From contig JAHJTE010000002.1 of the NCBI GenBank assembly GCA_018830005.1, forward strand, positions 203,809 through 267,808: DNA of 64,000 nt. The letters run 5' to 3'. The position numbers and the translations under genes were made by a program. This DNA comes from Candidatus Omnitrophota bacterium (GTDB lineage: Bacteria > Omnitrophota > Gorgyraeia > JAHJTE01). The notes beneath the pieces were generated by a model. That model saw nothing but the letters and a program-made list of their open reading frames with translations. It did no database searches and was not told the origin of the DNA. Within the stretch, counting starts at the first letter, position 1, and every line of letters starts with the position of its first letter. Positions 36,346 through 48,020 of this stretch are shown piece after piece.

Positions 36346-37949
36346 CTTTTAATTCTAGAGCGGATATATTTTTGCTCTGAGTCAGGAACCCACCATTTTA
36401 TAAAATTATATCCTATACCCAAGGGTTCTGGTTTTATGCCCTTAAAGCGTTTATGGACTATTGGAAGTGAATCCGGAACATAGAGAAATATATAAGGAGC
36501 ATCTTCATATATAATTTCGTGGATTTCTTTATATAATCTGGCACGCTCAGCCTGATTAAATGTCCGCCTCCCCTTTACCAATAAATCATCCACCTTCTTA
36601 TTATTATAAGAGATGAAATTAAATTCTCCTTCTCGCGTCTTAGAAGAATGCCAGATATCGTAATTATCAGGATCGCGCGATAAAGACCAACCCAATAGAA
36701 CAGCGTCAAATTTTCTCTTGTCGATAAATTCACTGATGAACGCAGACCATTCAATAATCTTGATCTTAACCTTTATACCAATATCAGCCAATCTTTTTTG
36801 GATAATCTCGGCAACTGCCTTTCTCTGCTCATTTCCCTGATTTGTGATAATCGTAAATTCAAAGCGCTTGCCTTCCCTATCCAGCCAGCCATCTCTATCT
36901 GTATCCTGCCAGCCTGCTCCTTTAAGTAAATGCCTTGCCTTATCCTGATTAAAGTCCCTGACTGAGATATCCTGATTATAAGCCCAGGAATCAGGCACAA
37001 AAGGCCCTGTGCAAACCCTTCCTAATCCTAAAAGAACACCTTTGATTATCTCATTCTTATCTAGGGCATAGTCGAGTGCTTGGCGTACTTTTTTATCTTT
37101 AAAAAGGGGGTTCTTCAAATTAAATCCAAGATATGTAAAGCCAAAACTTGGCAGCCTGTATTTATTAAATGTATTTTTAAAAAAGGCAGTATCAGTCTGG
37201 CGCTTGTATTGAAATGGTGTAAGGCCTGATAAATCTACGCCTTCTACCTGAGCCTCTAAAAACAGCGTTGCCTGATCTGGTATAATGCGATAGATGTAAC
37301 GGTCAATAAAAGGACGACTCTGGAAATAAGCCTCATTTGCCTCTAAGACAATTTTCTCTTGCGTCTTCCAGAATTTGAATTTATATGGCCCTGTGCCAAT
37401 GGGATTGCGTGAAAAAGAGGTATTATTAAAATCTTCATTTTCTAATATGTGTTTAGGCATGATACCCATGCCCCAGCTTGAAAGCCCTGGTGAGAATGGC
37501 TCTTTATATGTAACCTTTAGTGTATATTCGTCAATAACTTCAATGGCTTTGACTTTTTGGAAGTCTCCGCTATAAGGCGTCTTTACATCCGGATCAATTA
37601 ATTTCCTAAAAGTGAATTCAACATCTCTTGCACTAAAAGGTGTTCCATCATGCCAACGTACATTCTTCCTTAATTTAAAAATAATTACCAGGCCGCCTTC
37701 GGCAATCTGCCAACTCTCTGCCAAGTCCCCAATCAAATTAATATCCTTATCATATTTTATCAAGCCATTAAACACTAGGCCAACAATATCTCCAGAGGCT
37801 GAATCTGATGCTAGTATAGGAATGAGCGAACGCGCATCGCCGATAGAACCAACTACAATAGTATCTCCAGTATCTTTCACCTCTTGAGCGGAAGTTAGAC
37901 AATGTGAAAATAAAAAACATGTAATTATAAAAACTGCTATTTTCTTCAT
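36342..37949 (-). CDS. oppA: ABC transporter substrate-binding protein, family 5 (OppA/DppA-like)
   Basis: SBP_bac_5 pattern. Start placed at [14 protein letters not shown] (classic signal peptide); the track ORF begins 13 codons earlier at 37988. Confidence 0.78.
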   Translation of the reverse strand: MKKIAVFIITCFLFSHCLTSAQEVKDTGDTIVVGSIGDARSLIPILASDSASGDIVGLVFNGLIKYDKDINLIGDLAESWQIAEGGLVIIFKLRKNVRWHDGTPFSARDVEFTFRKLIDPDVKTPYSGDFQKVKAIEVIDEYTLKVTYKEPFSPGLSSWGMGIMPKHILENEDFNNTSFSRNPIGTGPYKFKFWKTQEKIVLEANEAYFQSRPFIDRYIYRIIPDQATLFLEAQVEGVDLSGLTPFQYKRQTDTAFFKNTFNKYRLPSFGFTYLGFNLKNPLFKDKKVRQALDYALDKNEIIKGVLLGLGRVCTGPFVPDSWAYNQDISVRDFNQDKARHLLKGAGWQDTDRDGWLDREGKRFEFTIITNQGNEQRKAVAEIIQKRLADIGIKVKIKIIEWSAFISEFIDKRKFDAVLLGWSLSRDPDNYDIWHSSKTREGEFNFISYNNKKVDDLLVKGRRTFNQAERARLYKEIHEIIYEDAPYIFLYVPDSLPIVHKRFKGIKPEPLGIGYNFIKWWVPDSEQKYIRSRIKR

Positions 37950-37981
37950 AAAATAAAAAGCTACCATTCTTAAGTGGTAGC
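37950..37981 (-). terminator. Intrinsic-terminator-like hairpin after secG (GCUACCA-8 nt loop-UGGUAGC followed by UUUUUAUUUU)
   Basis: Perfect 7-bp inverted repeat at 37960..37966 / 37975..37981; a T-run on the minus strand at 37959..37950 directly abuts the oppA ATG. Confidence 0.45.
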
Positions 37982-38014
37982 TAAACATTTTGAATTAAAG
38001 ACATGTTTAAAGTT

Positions 38015-38404
38015 TTACTCTTTAGGCTCTCCAACCGCATCCAGGATTTCGTTATCAGCAGCCACGCCTTCTGCGACGACTTCTTTAAGCTCAGGTGGGC
38101 TGACCTCCTCTTGCTTTGTGATCTCATCAGCCTTACTTTTAGTTTCTGGAATCTCAACTCTTTCCATCAAGGATTTAGACTGTTGCTTGGAAACATAAGC
38201 CAAAGTCAGGCAGCTTGTAATAAAAAGGATTGCCATGACAGTTGTCAGACGCACCATAAAGGCATTTGTCTTAGTGCCGAAAATAGATTCTGCAGCGCCT
38301 CCAAAGGTTTCTGCTAAACCACCACTCCTACCTGACTGCACTAAAATCACCACAATCAGCAAGATTCCAATAATTGCATGTATAGTAATTAAGATACCGT
38401 ACAT
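38015..38404 (-). CDS. secG: Preprotein translocase subunit SecG
   Basis: 129 aa; two TM segments; LVQSGRSGGLAETFGG motif. Confidence 0.8.
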   Translation of the reverse strand: MYGILITIHAIIGILLIVVILVQSGRSGGLAETFGGAAESIFGTKTNAFMVRLTTVMAILFITSCLTLAYVSKQQSKSLMERVEIPETKSKADEITKQEEVSPPELKEVVAEGVAADNEILDAVGEPKE

Positions 38405-39150
38405 CTTTTTACAATTTGGGAAAATGATTCAATCCCTAAACTTGCTCCTCCAACCAAGGCGCCATCAATATCAGCTGCCTTCATTAAATCTGCTATATTC
38501 TCTGGCTTGACACTGCCTCCATACTGAATTCTTACCGAACTTGCTACCTCTTTATTATACCATTTTTCAAGCAGTGAGCGTAGGAATTTATGGACTTCTT
38601 GGGCCTGAGCACTTGTTGCGGTTTTTCCTGTGCCGATTGCCCAAATAGGTTCATAGGCAAATACGATCTTTTTTACTTGAGCCTCCTTGATATCTTTCAA
38701 CGCTGCCTGCAACTGTCTCTGCACCACATCATAAGTCTGATTAGCCTCTCTCTGTTCTAATTTCTCACCGATACAACAAATAGGCGTAATCTCTGCCATT
38801 AATGCAGCCTTAATCTTATTGTTAACTGCCTCGTCTGTTTCTTGAAAGTGTTGCCTTCTTTCAGAATGGCCTAAAATCACGAAGCTAACGCCGACATCCT
38901 TAAGCATCGAAGCTGAGATCTCTCCTGTATAAGCACCTTCATCTTGCCAATACATATCCTGTGCACCCAATTTGATGCTAGAATCAGCTAAGACCTCAGA
39001 TACTTCACTCAGTGCTGTATAAGTAGGACAAACAACAATATCCGCGCCTACGAAATCAGATAGCTCCCTCTTTAGGCCATTGACCAACTCAATAGCCTGA
39101 GGTATGGTCTTATACATTTTCCAGTTTCCAGCTATTATCGGCTTTCTCAT
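38389..39150 (-). CDS. tpiA: Triosephosphate isomerase
   Basis: IAGNWKMYKT...; AYEPIWAIGTG; 253 aa. Confidence 0.92.
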   Translation of the reverse strand: MRKPIIAGNWKMYKTIPQAIELVNGLKRELSDFVGADIVVCPTYTALSEVSEVLADSSIKLGAQDMYWQDEGAYTGEISASMLKDVGVSFVILGHSERRQHFQETDEAVNNKIKAALMAEITPICCIGEKLEQREANQTYDVVQRQLQAALKDIKEAQVKKIVFAYEPIWAIGTGKTATSAQAQEVHKFLRSLLEKWYNKEVASSVRIQYGGSVKPENIADLMKAADIDGALVGGASLGIESFSQIVKRCTVS

Positions 39151-39160
39151 TATCTATCTC

Positions 39161-40345
39161 CTACTTATCGCTTAAGGCAGCAATACCAGGTAATGTTTTT
39201 CCCTCCATATACTCTAAAGAAGCGCCGCCACCTGTAGAAATATGAGTAATTTTATCAGTCAGGCCAAAAAGACTTGCAGCTGCTGCTGTATCTCCACCAC
39301 CAAGGATTGTAGCCGCATCTAACTCAGTAATATAGGTCATTATCTCCTTTGTGCCGCGGCTAAAAGCCTCAATCTCACTCACTCCCAAAGGTCCATTCCA
39401 AAGCATGGTCTTTGCGTCTTTTAATTCATCTTTAAATATCTCTATACTCCTGGGACCAATATCTAAACCCATAAGATCAGATGGTAAATTTAATCCTTTA
39501 ATTAATTGCGCAGAGCCAGGATTATCAATTGCTGTTGCAGCTATATGATCAACAGGCAGAACTATTGCTTTGTTCTGTTTTTTCGCTAAATCAATTATAT
39601 TTTTTGCAAAATCAAGGCGTTCTTTATCAAGCAGTGATTTTCCGATTTCAACGCCAACTGCCTTTAAAAACGTATAAGCCATACCGCCGCCAATCAGAAA
39701 TTTTTGAGCTTTGGGCAGGAGATTTTCGATTACAGCGATTTTATCCGAAACTTTCGCACCGCCTAAAATCACAACAAAAGGCAATTCCGGATTTGCCAAA
39801 GTATCTCCTAAGTATTTAATCTCCTTTTCCAGTAAAAACCCTGCTGCAGATTTAAGGTGATGCGTTACGCCTTCGGTAGAGGCATGTGCGCGATGCGCGC
39901 TACCAAAGGCATCGTTTACGAATAAATCGCCAAGTTTAGCTAAACCCTTAGCAAAATCAGAATCATTCTTTTCTTCTTCTTTATGGAAACGAAGATTCTC
40001 AAGAAGAATTACTTTTTCTCTGGAATCGGCTATAGCTTTTTCAACAGCTTCACCAACACAATCATCAAGCTTTAAAACAGGCTGACTTATGAGCGCCTCA
40101 AGCCTAGCTGCAACTTTATCCATTTTTAAGCTATCTTTAATTTCTCCCTTAGGCCTCCCTAAATGAGACATGAGTATCAACTTTGATACGCCATTATCTA
40201 AGGCATACTTAATAGTAGGCAAGCTTGCTCTTATACGAATGTCATCTGTAATGTTTCCCTGCTTATCTTGAGGAGCATTAAAATCAACCCGCACTAAGAG
40301 GCGCTTATCTTTTAAGCTTAAATCTGAAATTGTTAACTTTGCCAT
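39161..40345 (-). CDS. pgk: Phosphoglycerate kinase
   Basis: 394 aa; RVDFNAP...LGRPKG; C-terminal GGGASLE. Confidence 0.93.
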   Translation of the reverse strand: MAKLTISDLSLKDKRLLVRVDFNAPQDKQGNITDDIRIRASLPTIKYALDNGVSKLILMSHLGRPKGEIKDSLKMDKVAARLEALISQPVLKLDDCVGEAVEKAIADSREKVILLENLRFHKEEEKNDSDFAKGLAKLGDLFVNDAFGSAHRAHASTEGVTHHLKSAAGFLLEKEIKYLGDTLANPELPFVVILGGAKVSDKIAVIENLLPKAQKFLIGGGMAYTFLKAVGVEIGKSLLDKERLDFAKNIIDLAKKQNKAIVLPVDHIAATAIDNPGSAQLIKGLNLPSDLMGLDIGPRSIEIFKDELKDAKTMLWNGPLGVSEIEAFSRGTKEIMTYITELDAATILGGGDTAAAASLFGLTDKITHISTGGGASLEYMEGKTLPGIAALSDK

Positions 40346-40369
40346 TTATTACTATGCTCCTGTCTTTAT

Positions 40370-41398
<1,029 letters not shown>

Positions 41399-41675
41399 TT
41401 AATAATTAGATAACTTAAGGAATCCATAAAATATACTCTTTAAATCTCAAGCTTCGTTCAGTCTATTATATTATTTTTTCTTCTCCTGTCTATTAAAATT
41501 TAAGAAAATTATAACTTTATCTCTTTTCCCCCATTCAAAACCAGCTACCCTAGTCAGGCGCGGGAACAATTCTATATGCCAATGATAATCCTGCTCAATT
41601 GTCTGCCAGTATCCTTTGCGAGGAAAACGGATCCTTACTTAATTCTCCCATCTTTCCATTTCCCTCTTTAGTTAA

Positions 41676-42620
41676 TTATCCCAAAAAATCACCTAGTGAA
41701 ATTCTTGACCCAGCAATAAATTCCTCTGGCCTCATGCGTCTTGAATTCTCTGGCTGCACCTCTTCTATCTTAAGGACACCGTGAGCACAAGCAACAGAAA
41801 TCAAGCCATCGCTTAAACTAACTACTTCTCCTGGCTTTGCCGAAACAGATTCAGGAAAGACTTTGGCAGCAAAGATTTTAAGGCGCTTTCCTTTAAAATA
41901 TGTAAAGGCAACTGGCCAAGGCAGACAACCCCGAATCTGATGATGGATAGCAACAGCATCAATATTCCAATTTATGACACCATCGTTTTTCTCCAATTTC
42001 GGAGCAAAAGTAGCACATGATGAATCCTGTTTAGAAAAGGTAATCTTTTTCTCTTTAATCAAATCCAAAACCTCAAGAATCTTTTTGCCAGCAAGCACAC
42101 TAAGTTTAGCCTCTAAAGTTATAGCATTATCATCTGCCTCTAGCAGAATCTCCTCCTGAGCAACAATATCTCCTTCATCTATTTTCTCATTCATTCGAAT
42201 AATAGTTATACCGCTTGAAGTTTCTCCGTTTATAATTGCCCATTGGATAGGGGCAGCTCCCCGATACTTAGGAAGTAACGAGGTATGGATATTTAAAGCA
42301 AAACTGCGCGGTATATCTAAAATTTTTGCTGGTAAAATTTTACCATAGGCAACAACAATAAATATATCAGCCTCTAACCCTGCAAGCTTATCTAAAAAGG
42401 CTTTATCGGATAAATCATCAACAGCTAAAACATCCAATGCCTTGGTTTCAGCAAAAATCTTAACAGGCGTAGAATGCAGCATAAGATGCCTGCCTGATTT
42501 TTTATCAGGCTGGGTAACTACACAGCTCGGGATATAGCCAGCCTTTAGTAAAGTGCTTAGTATCTCAACCGAAATCTGAGCACTTCCAAAAAATATTATT
42601 CTCAAATCTTGCTTACTCAT
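41676..42620 (-). CDS. fmt: Methionyl-tRNA formyltransferase
   Basis: 314 aa; LRIIFFGS...; formyl-transferase N domain plus C-terminal domain; coupled to the priA stop. Confidence 0.88.
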   Translation of the reverse strand: MSKQDLRIIFFGSAQISVEILSTLLKAGYIPSCVVTQPDKKSGRHLMLHSTPVKIFAETKALDVLAVDDLSDKAFLDKLAGLEADIFIVVAYGKILPAKILDIPRSFALNIHTSLLPKYRGAAPIQWAIINGETSSGITIIRMNEKIDEGDIVAQEEILLEADDNAITLEAKLSVLAGKKILEVLDLIKEKKITFSKQDSSCATFAPKLEKNDGVINWNIDAVAIHHQIRGCLPWPVAFTYFKGKRLKIFAAKVFPESVSAKPGEVVSLSDGLISVACAHGVLKIEEVQPENSRRMRPEEFIAGSRISLGDFLG

Positions 42621-44503
42621 ATATCTACATTAACTCCGATACTAACTGCCTTGCCAGCCTTTAATTTAGGTAATAACCCGGAAACAATGCGATTCATCTC
42701 CTCCACTTTAGCTGTTTTAATCAAGATTTGCAATCTAAATTTTGAACGCAATTTAAACGGAATATCTTCAATAGGAGAAAATACTTCTATATGCCTTTCT
42801 CTCGCAACGCGATTTTTCAATAGTTTGAACAATTTTTGGGAAGTCAAATTTAACTCTTCTAGCTTCGCAGATTTTAAATTTAATGCAATCAGATGCCTGT
42901 AAGGTGGGAGGTTCAAGCTCTTTCTATCATTTAACTCTGCCTTAATAAAAGCCTCATAATCCCCCTGATTAAGACAGCTAAATACACGATGTTCGCATAT
43001 ATAAGTCTGAACAACTAACTCATCTTTTGCTAAGGCGCGCAAATGCAGTAAAATCCTAAAGGCCTCTTCGCTAGAGCGAAGCTGGGCAAGATTTAATATA
43101 TTATCCATGGAAACAACAGCACATAAATCTATATCTTCTTTTATAAGGCCTTCTTTTAACCCGAATTGACTAGTGATAATTATGTTTGATGAAGAGGCCT
43201 CAGCCTTGGCCTCCAAGGAATCAAGACAGGTAATTTTAACTCCGGGAAATAAACGATGCGTTTCACTTTCAAGGCGTTGAATACCAAAACCGCCAAAATA
43301 TATGAGATTAAAATTGCACTTTGGGCAGACCTTAGGCTCATCTATTTTATAATTACAATGAGGACACTGCATCGTCTTTGTATGATAATAGTAAATAAGA
43401 TGACTGCTGCAGCGAGCACACTCAAGTGAATGTCCGCAACTCTTGCATCGTAAAAATGTAGCAAAGCCTCTGCGGTTAAGAAAAATCAAAATCCTTTTTT
43501 CCTGTTCTAGGTAATTCCTGATGCGTTCAGTAAACGGCAAAGAGAATAGATTGCCTCCTCTAGGCAACCTTTGATATCTCAAATCAATTATCTTTGTTTT
43601 AGGCAACCTAGCTTTATCTGTCTGTTCTGAGATAAACTTAAATTTATTCTTTATCGTAGAATGAAATACTTCCGCACTGGGTGATATGCTTGAAAGCACC
43701 AACATAGCTTGCCTGTCCTTGGCCAGCATTATTGCAACATCCCTGGCATTATAGTAAGGTCTGGTCTCCTGCTTATAAACAAAATTGTCCTCAGAATCTA
43801 TGATAATCAAGCCAATATTAACTAAGGGAGAGAATATTGCAGCGCGTGAGCCAACTACTATATCCGCTTCAGACGATTTAATCGAAAGCCAAGCAAGAAA
43901 CGCCTCCTTTTTACTTAATCTACTGTGCAAACAGATAATACGTGCCCCCTTGAAAATGCTCCTTAAGCGCTTGACCCAAACGTCGACTAAAGAAGTATCA
44001 GGCAAAAGAAATATAACCTGCTTATTTTTCTCCAGCGCCTCTTTGATTCTTTCTACGAAAAACTCGCTCTTTTTTTCTTCATCGATACTGCGATAAACAA
44101 ACCCAGAAAATTTCTCTTTAACTTTTGGCCTCTCTTCTGGCTCTTTTGGAAACTTATAATCTAGAGGAATCTGCCTTCCTTTTCTGATTAAGTCCGGAAG
44201 TGCTGCCTCAATCATCTCGCCAAGCGAAGAACAATAATAAGAGGAGATCTTAGACATTAAAGATAAAAAATGACCTGGCAAGATTGGCGCCTCATCTATT
44301 AAGGAAATAATAGGGTTGAGTTTCTTAATCTGCGATTTATCCGTCAATGCCTGAACATAACCAATCATATTGCGTCTATTAAAAATTATGTTCACACGAG
44401 AGCCTGCCTTTATTTTTTTTCTTAAATTCTCAGGGATAGAATAATCAAAGCTTTTTGATAGCGGCAGGCCCAAAACAACTTTAGCAATTAATTTATCTGA
44501 CAT
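42617..44503 (-). CDS. priA: Primosomal protein N' (replication restart helicase PriA)
   Basis: 628 aa; N-terminal 3'-DNA-binding domain; helicase core; Cys-rich zinc ribbon CKSCGHSLECARC...CPHC...CPKC. Confidence 0.87.
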   Translation of the reverse strand: MSDKLIAKVVLGLPLSKSFDYSIPENLRKKIKAGSRVNIIFNRRNMIGYVQALTDKSQIKKLNPIISLIDEAPILPGHFLSLMSKISSYYCSSLGEMIEAALPDLIRKGRQIPLDYKFPKEPEERPKVKEKFSGFVYRSIDEEKKSEFFVERIKEALEKNKQVIFLLPDTSLVDVWVKRLRSIFKGARIICLHSRLSKKEAFLAWLSIKSSEADIVVGSRAAIFSPLVNIGLIIIDSEDNFVYKQETRPYYNARDVAIMLAKDRQAMLVLSSISPSAEVFHSTIKNKFKFISEQTDKARLPKTKIIDLRYQRLPRGGNLFSLPFTERIRNYLEQEKRILIFLNRRGFATFLRCKSCGHSLECARCSSHLIYYYHTKTMQCPHCNYKIDEPKVCPKCNFNLIYFGGFGIQRLESETHRLFPGVKITCLDSLEAKAEASSSNIIITSQFGLKEGLIKEDIDLCAVVSMDNILNLAQLRSSEEAFRILLHLRALAKDELVVQTYICEHRVFSCLNQGDYEAFIKAELNDRKSLNLPPYRHLIALNLKSAKLEELNLTSQKLFKLLKNRVARERHIEVFSPIEDIPFKLRSKFRLQILIKTAKVEEMNRIVSGLLPKLKAGKAVSIGVNVDI

Positions 44504-45593
44504 GTTCCTTTAGAAATGAAATTATCCTAGAATTTGCATCGCATCTTGCGTAGCGAGCTAAATTTTGCTTCAAGACAGTCAAACCCTTAGGATCCTGCGA
44601 AAATTCAAGCAACCTTTGAATGACTGCGCTTTCTCTTCTCTCATAAAAGGCACAACCTAAAGTGGTAAAAACTTCAATATTGGCTGCCTCCTGACCTCCG
44701 ATACGCGAAATAAAACACATCGGGATTTGTGCAATGAGCGACTCTGTTACTGTCAGGCCTCCTGCCTTAGTAATAATAACATCGCTACAAGCTAAGAAAT
44801 CAGCCATATTACTAACAAGTGGATATAAAATTAGGTTATTTGATCCTATCTTTTCTAAACTGTGTAGCAATTTTTTATTCTTACCGCAGATTACTATCGT
44901 CTGCATATTATCCTTCAAAACGCTGGCGATTCTGCCTAAACAATTCAGGCCGATAGCGCCAGTTACAAGCAGGGCAGTAAATTTATTAGGATTGACTCCT
45001 GTAATCTCAGCGGCTACCTGGCGGCTCTTTAGATTCAAAAACGATTTATCTACCGGAATACCCAAATCAAGGATCTTATCCTTTTCAATGCCTTTTTTAA
45101 TTAAAATATCCTTTAAAAATTGGAGGCCGACTATGAATTTATCAACTCCATCATTTAACCAAAAGCCATGGATGGTATAATCAGTTATAATTGATATATG
45201 GAAGGAATCTATCTTCTTTCTCTTTTTTAAATTGGATAATACTTCGCTAGATAAAAAATGGGTGCTTAAAACAACCTGGGGGTTATTTTTATTTAAAAAG
45301 CATACAAATCTCTTCGTCATCAAAGAGTTGCTGGCTCTTCTTAATAAGTTTATAAGCTTGGAGAGTATTCCTAAATTTGTCAGCCAATAAAAAAATGACC
45401 AAAGCCAAGAAATACGACTTATCAGAAAAATATATCCTTTTGAATAGGTGAATTTAAAAAAGGAGGGCGTGAAATCTAGAATATCAACAAGAGATGATTC
45501 TTGCTTTAGGCTATCGTCTAAACTTTCATAAATTGCTTCTGCTGCCCTACGATGGCCAGCTCCGGCACTCGCATAAACAATAAGAAGTTTCAT
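44493..45593 (-). CDS. GT28-family glycosyltransferase (MGDG-synthase/UgtP-like diacylglycerol glycosyltransferase fold)
   Basis: KLLIVYASAGAGHRRAAEAI N-terminus typical of the MGDG synthase family; C-terminal Glyco_tran_28_C-like region. Confidence 0.6.
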   Translation of the reverse strand: MKLLIVYASAGAGHRRAAEAIYESLDDSLKQESSLVDILDFTPSFFKFTYSKGYIFLISRISWLWSFFYWLTNLGILSKLINLLRRASNSLMTKRFVCFLNKNNPQVVLSTHFLSSEVLSNLKKRKKIDSFHISIITDYTIHGFWLNDGVDKFIVGLQFLKDILIKKGIEKDKILDLGIPVDKSFLNLKSRQVAAEITGVNPNKFTALLVTGAIGLNCLGRIASVLKDNMQTIVICGKNKKLLHSLEKIGSNNLILYPLVSNMADFLACSDVIITKAGGLTVTESLIAQIPMCFISRIGGQEAANIEVFTTLGCAFYERRESAVIQRLLEFSQDPKGLTVLKQNLARYARCDANSRIISFLKEHVR

Positions 45594-46189
45594 GCATTAG
45601 TTTTTAATATGAATTTTGTAGCTTCTAATAAATTTTTGAACACGTAGTCAGGTCTTCCTGAGCGCTTAGCCATAACCCTTCGCCTATCCCTTCCGCTTAA
45701 AACTAGAATAGTCTTCAGGTGGCTGCGCTTTCCCATAACTATATCCTTGGCAATATCATCTCCTATTAAATAAGAAGATGTACGGTCAATTCTTGAATCA
45801 AGAGATTGCATTGCCTTTTTTACTGAGGCGGTCTTGGGCTTGCGACATGCGCAATTTGTCTCTGGTAAATGAGTGCAATATAAGACCTTTCTTATGCTTC
45901 CGCCTGCCCTCTTAATATTTAACAGCATCTTATGGGTAATTGCCTTAAGTGCAGCCTTTGTGTATATCTTTTTTGCCACGCCAGCCTGATTAGAGATGAT
46001 AAATATAATGAATCCTGCCTCTGTTAGCTTCTTAATAGCTCTTAATGAACCCGGGATAAGCTTAAAAGAGCGCAGACTTGTCACGTATTTTCTTCTTCCT
46101 GGATACCTGTTGATTACGCCATCACGATCAAGGAAAATTACCTTTTTCTTCTTAGGCTTCGAATGTTTGGTTAGAATCTTTTTTTTCAT
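45590..46189 (-). CDS. gmhB: D-glycero-D-manno-heptose 1,7-bisphosphate phosphatase (HAD-IIIA)
   Basis: FLDRDGVIN...; Zn-binding C.H...CxCRKP motif (YCTHLPETNCACRKP); GDDIAKD. Confidence 0.75.
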   Translation of the reverse strand: MKKKILTKHSKPKKKKVIFLDRDGVINRYPGRRKYVTSLRSFKLIPGSLRAIKKLTEAGFIIFIISNQAGVAKKIYTKAALKAITHKMLLNIKRAGGSIRKVLYCTHLPETNCACRKPKTASVKKAMQSLDSRIDRTSSYLIGDDIAKDIVMGKRSHLKTILVLSGRDRRRVMAKRSGRPDYVFKNLLEATKFILKTNA

Positions 46190-46208
46190 TGCCGGAACTT
46201 TAAGGATA

Positions 46209-47246
46209 TTAGATGAAAAAACGCTTATTCGTCTTCACCCAATCAACTAATCTAGCAATACCATCTTTAACGCCTATCTTGGGTTGCCAAGAAAGTCTTT
46301 CTTTTATTTTATCTATATCTGAAATATATACCTTCTGGTCACTAGGGCGCCAATCGCCAAAAGAAAGATTAGGGTCTTTACCGCTAATCTCTTTCAGCTG
46401 CTTGATGAATTCAAGCAGTGATATTGTATTATTGGGACCACCGCCAATATTAAAAACTCCGCTAGATAAATCACTATCAATAAAGGCATCGTATGCCCCA
46501 ACAAGATCTTCAACATATAAGAGGTCTCTAACCTGCTTACCATCACCAAAAATAGTTATTGGCCTATTAAAAAGCGCTGCAATAATAAACCAAGCAACCC
46601 AACCCTGATCTTCAAATCCAAATTGTCTGGTTCCATATATGCAGCTCATACGAAATACTGCTGTGCGCATACCATAGATATGGGCGTACTCCTGAGTATA
46701 AAGATCACCCACCAGCTTTGATACTCCATAAGGAGTATGAGCTGTTAAGTCTGTAAGTATATCTTCATTAATGCCTTTAATTTCCTTAAAACAATAACGA
46801 GTATCCTTCTCCTCTATAGGGAGTTCACTTACATTCTCGCCATAAACTTTATTGGTCGAACAATAGATAAAGGTTGCATGCTTGCAAATTTTTCTCGTGC
46901 ACTCTAATATATTGAGCGTACCAAAGGCGTTAATACTAAAATCTTCCCTAGGATCTTTTACAGAGGCAAGTACGCCAGGTTGACCAGCAGTATGGATAAC
47001 AACATCAACCCCCTTGCCTAAGGCCTTTAGGCAATCGGATTCTACCCTTACATCACCTTTAATGCACTTAATATTATTAAGTTTTTTTAGATAATTCCAA
47101 TTAAACTCTACTGATTTTTTGTCATATCCGAAAATTTTTGAACGCATGAGATTATCAAGGGCAATAACCTCATTTCCTTTCTTGGCAAAGTATTCTGCTG
47201 CGTGTGAACCAACAAGACCAGCTCCACCTGTAATTAAAATTCTCAA
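46209..47246 (-). CDS. CDP-paratose/tyvelose 2-epimerase-like NAD-dependent epimerase (RfbE/Tyv family)
   Basis: 345 aa; LITGGAGLVGSH; STNKVYG; YGVSK; QGWVAWF; FGDGKQVRDLLYVED; FNIGGG...SLLEF; RPSDQKVYISDI matches the Salmonella RfbE pattern closely. TTG start. Confidence 0.72.
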   Translation of the reverse strand: MRILITGGAGLVGSHAAEYFAKKGNEVIALDNLMRSKIFGYDKKSVEFNWNYLKKLNNIKCIKGDVRVESDCLKALGKGVDVVIHTAGQPGVLASVKDPREDFSINAFGTLNILECTRKICKHATFIYCSTNKVYGENVSELPIEEKDTRYCFKEIKGINEDILTDLTAHTPYGVSKLVGDLYTQEYAHIYGMRTAVFRMSCIYGTRQFGFEDQGWVAWFIIAALFNRPITIFGDGKQVRDLLYVEDLVGAYDAFIDSDLSSGVFNIGGGPNNTISLLEFIKQLKEISGKDPNLSFGDWRPSDQKVYISDIDKIKERLSWQPKIGVKDGIARLVDWVKTNKRFFI

Positions 47247-47249
47247 CTT

Positions 47250-48020
47250 TTATACCCCCTTATTACGTACTATCTCCCTGTATTTTAGATAACTTAAAAA
47301 CTGATATAATCCAGCACAGAAGGCTACAACAAATCCCCAGAAGCCACCTTTAAATCCTTTCTTTCCAAAGAAACTGCGCATAAATCTGTCAAAACTACGC
47401 CAGAGAAAGTGCCCTAAACGCATTGGCTTAGCCTGGTTGTACCATTTCTGAGCTTCAAGAGTAGTCTGTTTATTAAGTTTATTGATGAAATCTTCAATAT
47501 TTTTGTAAGAATAGTGGATAATATCGCTCTTTAGGTGCCCGCAAGGGTCAGACATGAATGCCTTGGGATGCACAGCCGCCTCTTCATATTTAAATTTATC
47601 TTTTCGGAATAGTTTTAGCTGCGGACTAGGATACCAGCCGCTAGATTTAATCCAATGCTTGCCAATGAAATTCTTTCTAGGAATCGTAAATCCATTATAA
47701 TCTGTTGGATTAGATAAAGCCTTATCAATCTCATTTTTTAGCTCTTCTGTAACACGCTCATCCGCATCCAGGCTTAAAACCCAATCATTCTCTGCCTGGG
47801 CGTATGCCCAATTGCGATGTGCGCCTTCTATATCCATCTTACGGGAGAAAACCTTGCTGCTAAAACGCTTAGCCAGAGACAGCGTCTCATCAGTACTTTC
47901 ATCATCGACAACAATAATCTCATCAGCCCATCCAGAGACACTCTCTAAACAAGAAACGATATTTTTTTCTTCATTCTTTGTAATAATAACAACGGAGATA
48001 GGCGTCAATTTATCTTTCAT
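47250..48020 (-). CDS. Glycosyltransferase family 2
   Basis: ISVVIITKNEEKNI...VVDDESTDET; DxD region; 256 aa. Confidence 0.7.
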   Translation of the reverse strand: MKDKLTPISVVIITKNEEKNIVSCLESVSGWADEIIVVDDESTDETLSLAKRFSSKVFSRKMDIEGAHRNWAYAQAENDWVLSLDADERVTEELKNEIDKALSNPTDYNGFTIPRKNFIGKHWIKSSGWYPSPQLKLFRKDKFKYEEAAVHPKAFMSDPCGHLKSDIIHYSYKNIEDFINKLNKQTTLEAQKWYNQAKPMRLGHFLWRSFDRFMRSFFGKKGFKGGFWGFVVAFCAGLYQFLSYLKYREIVRNKGV

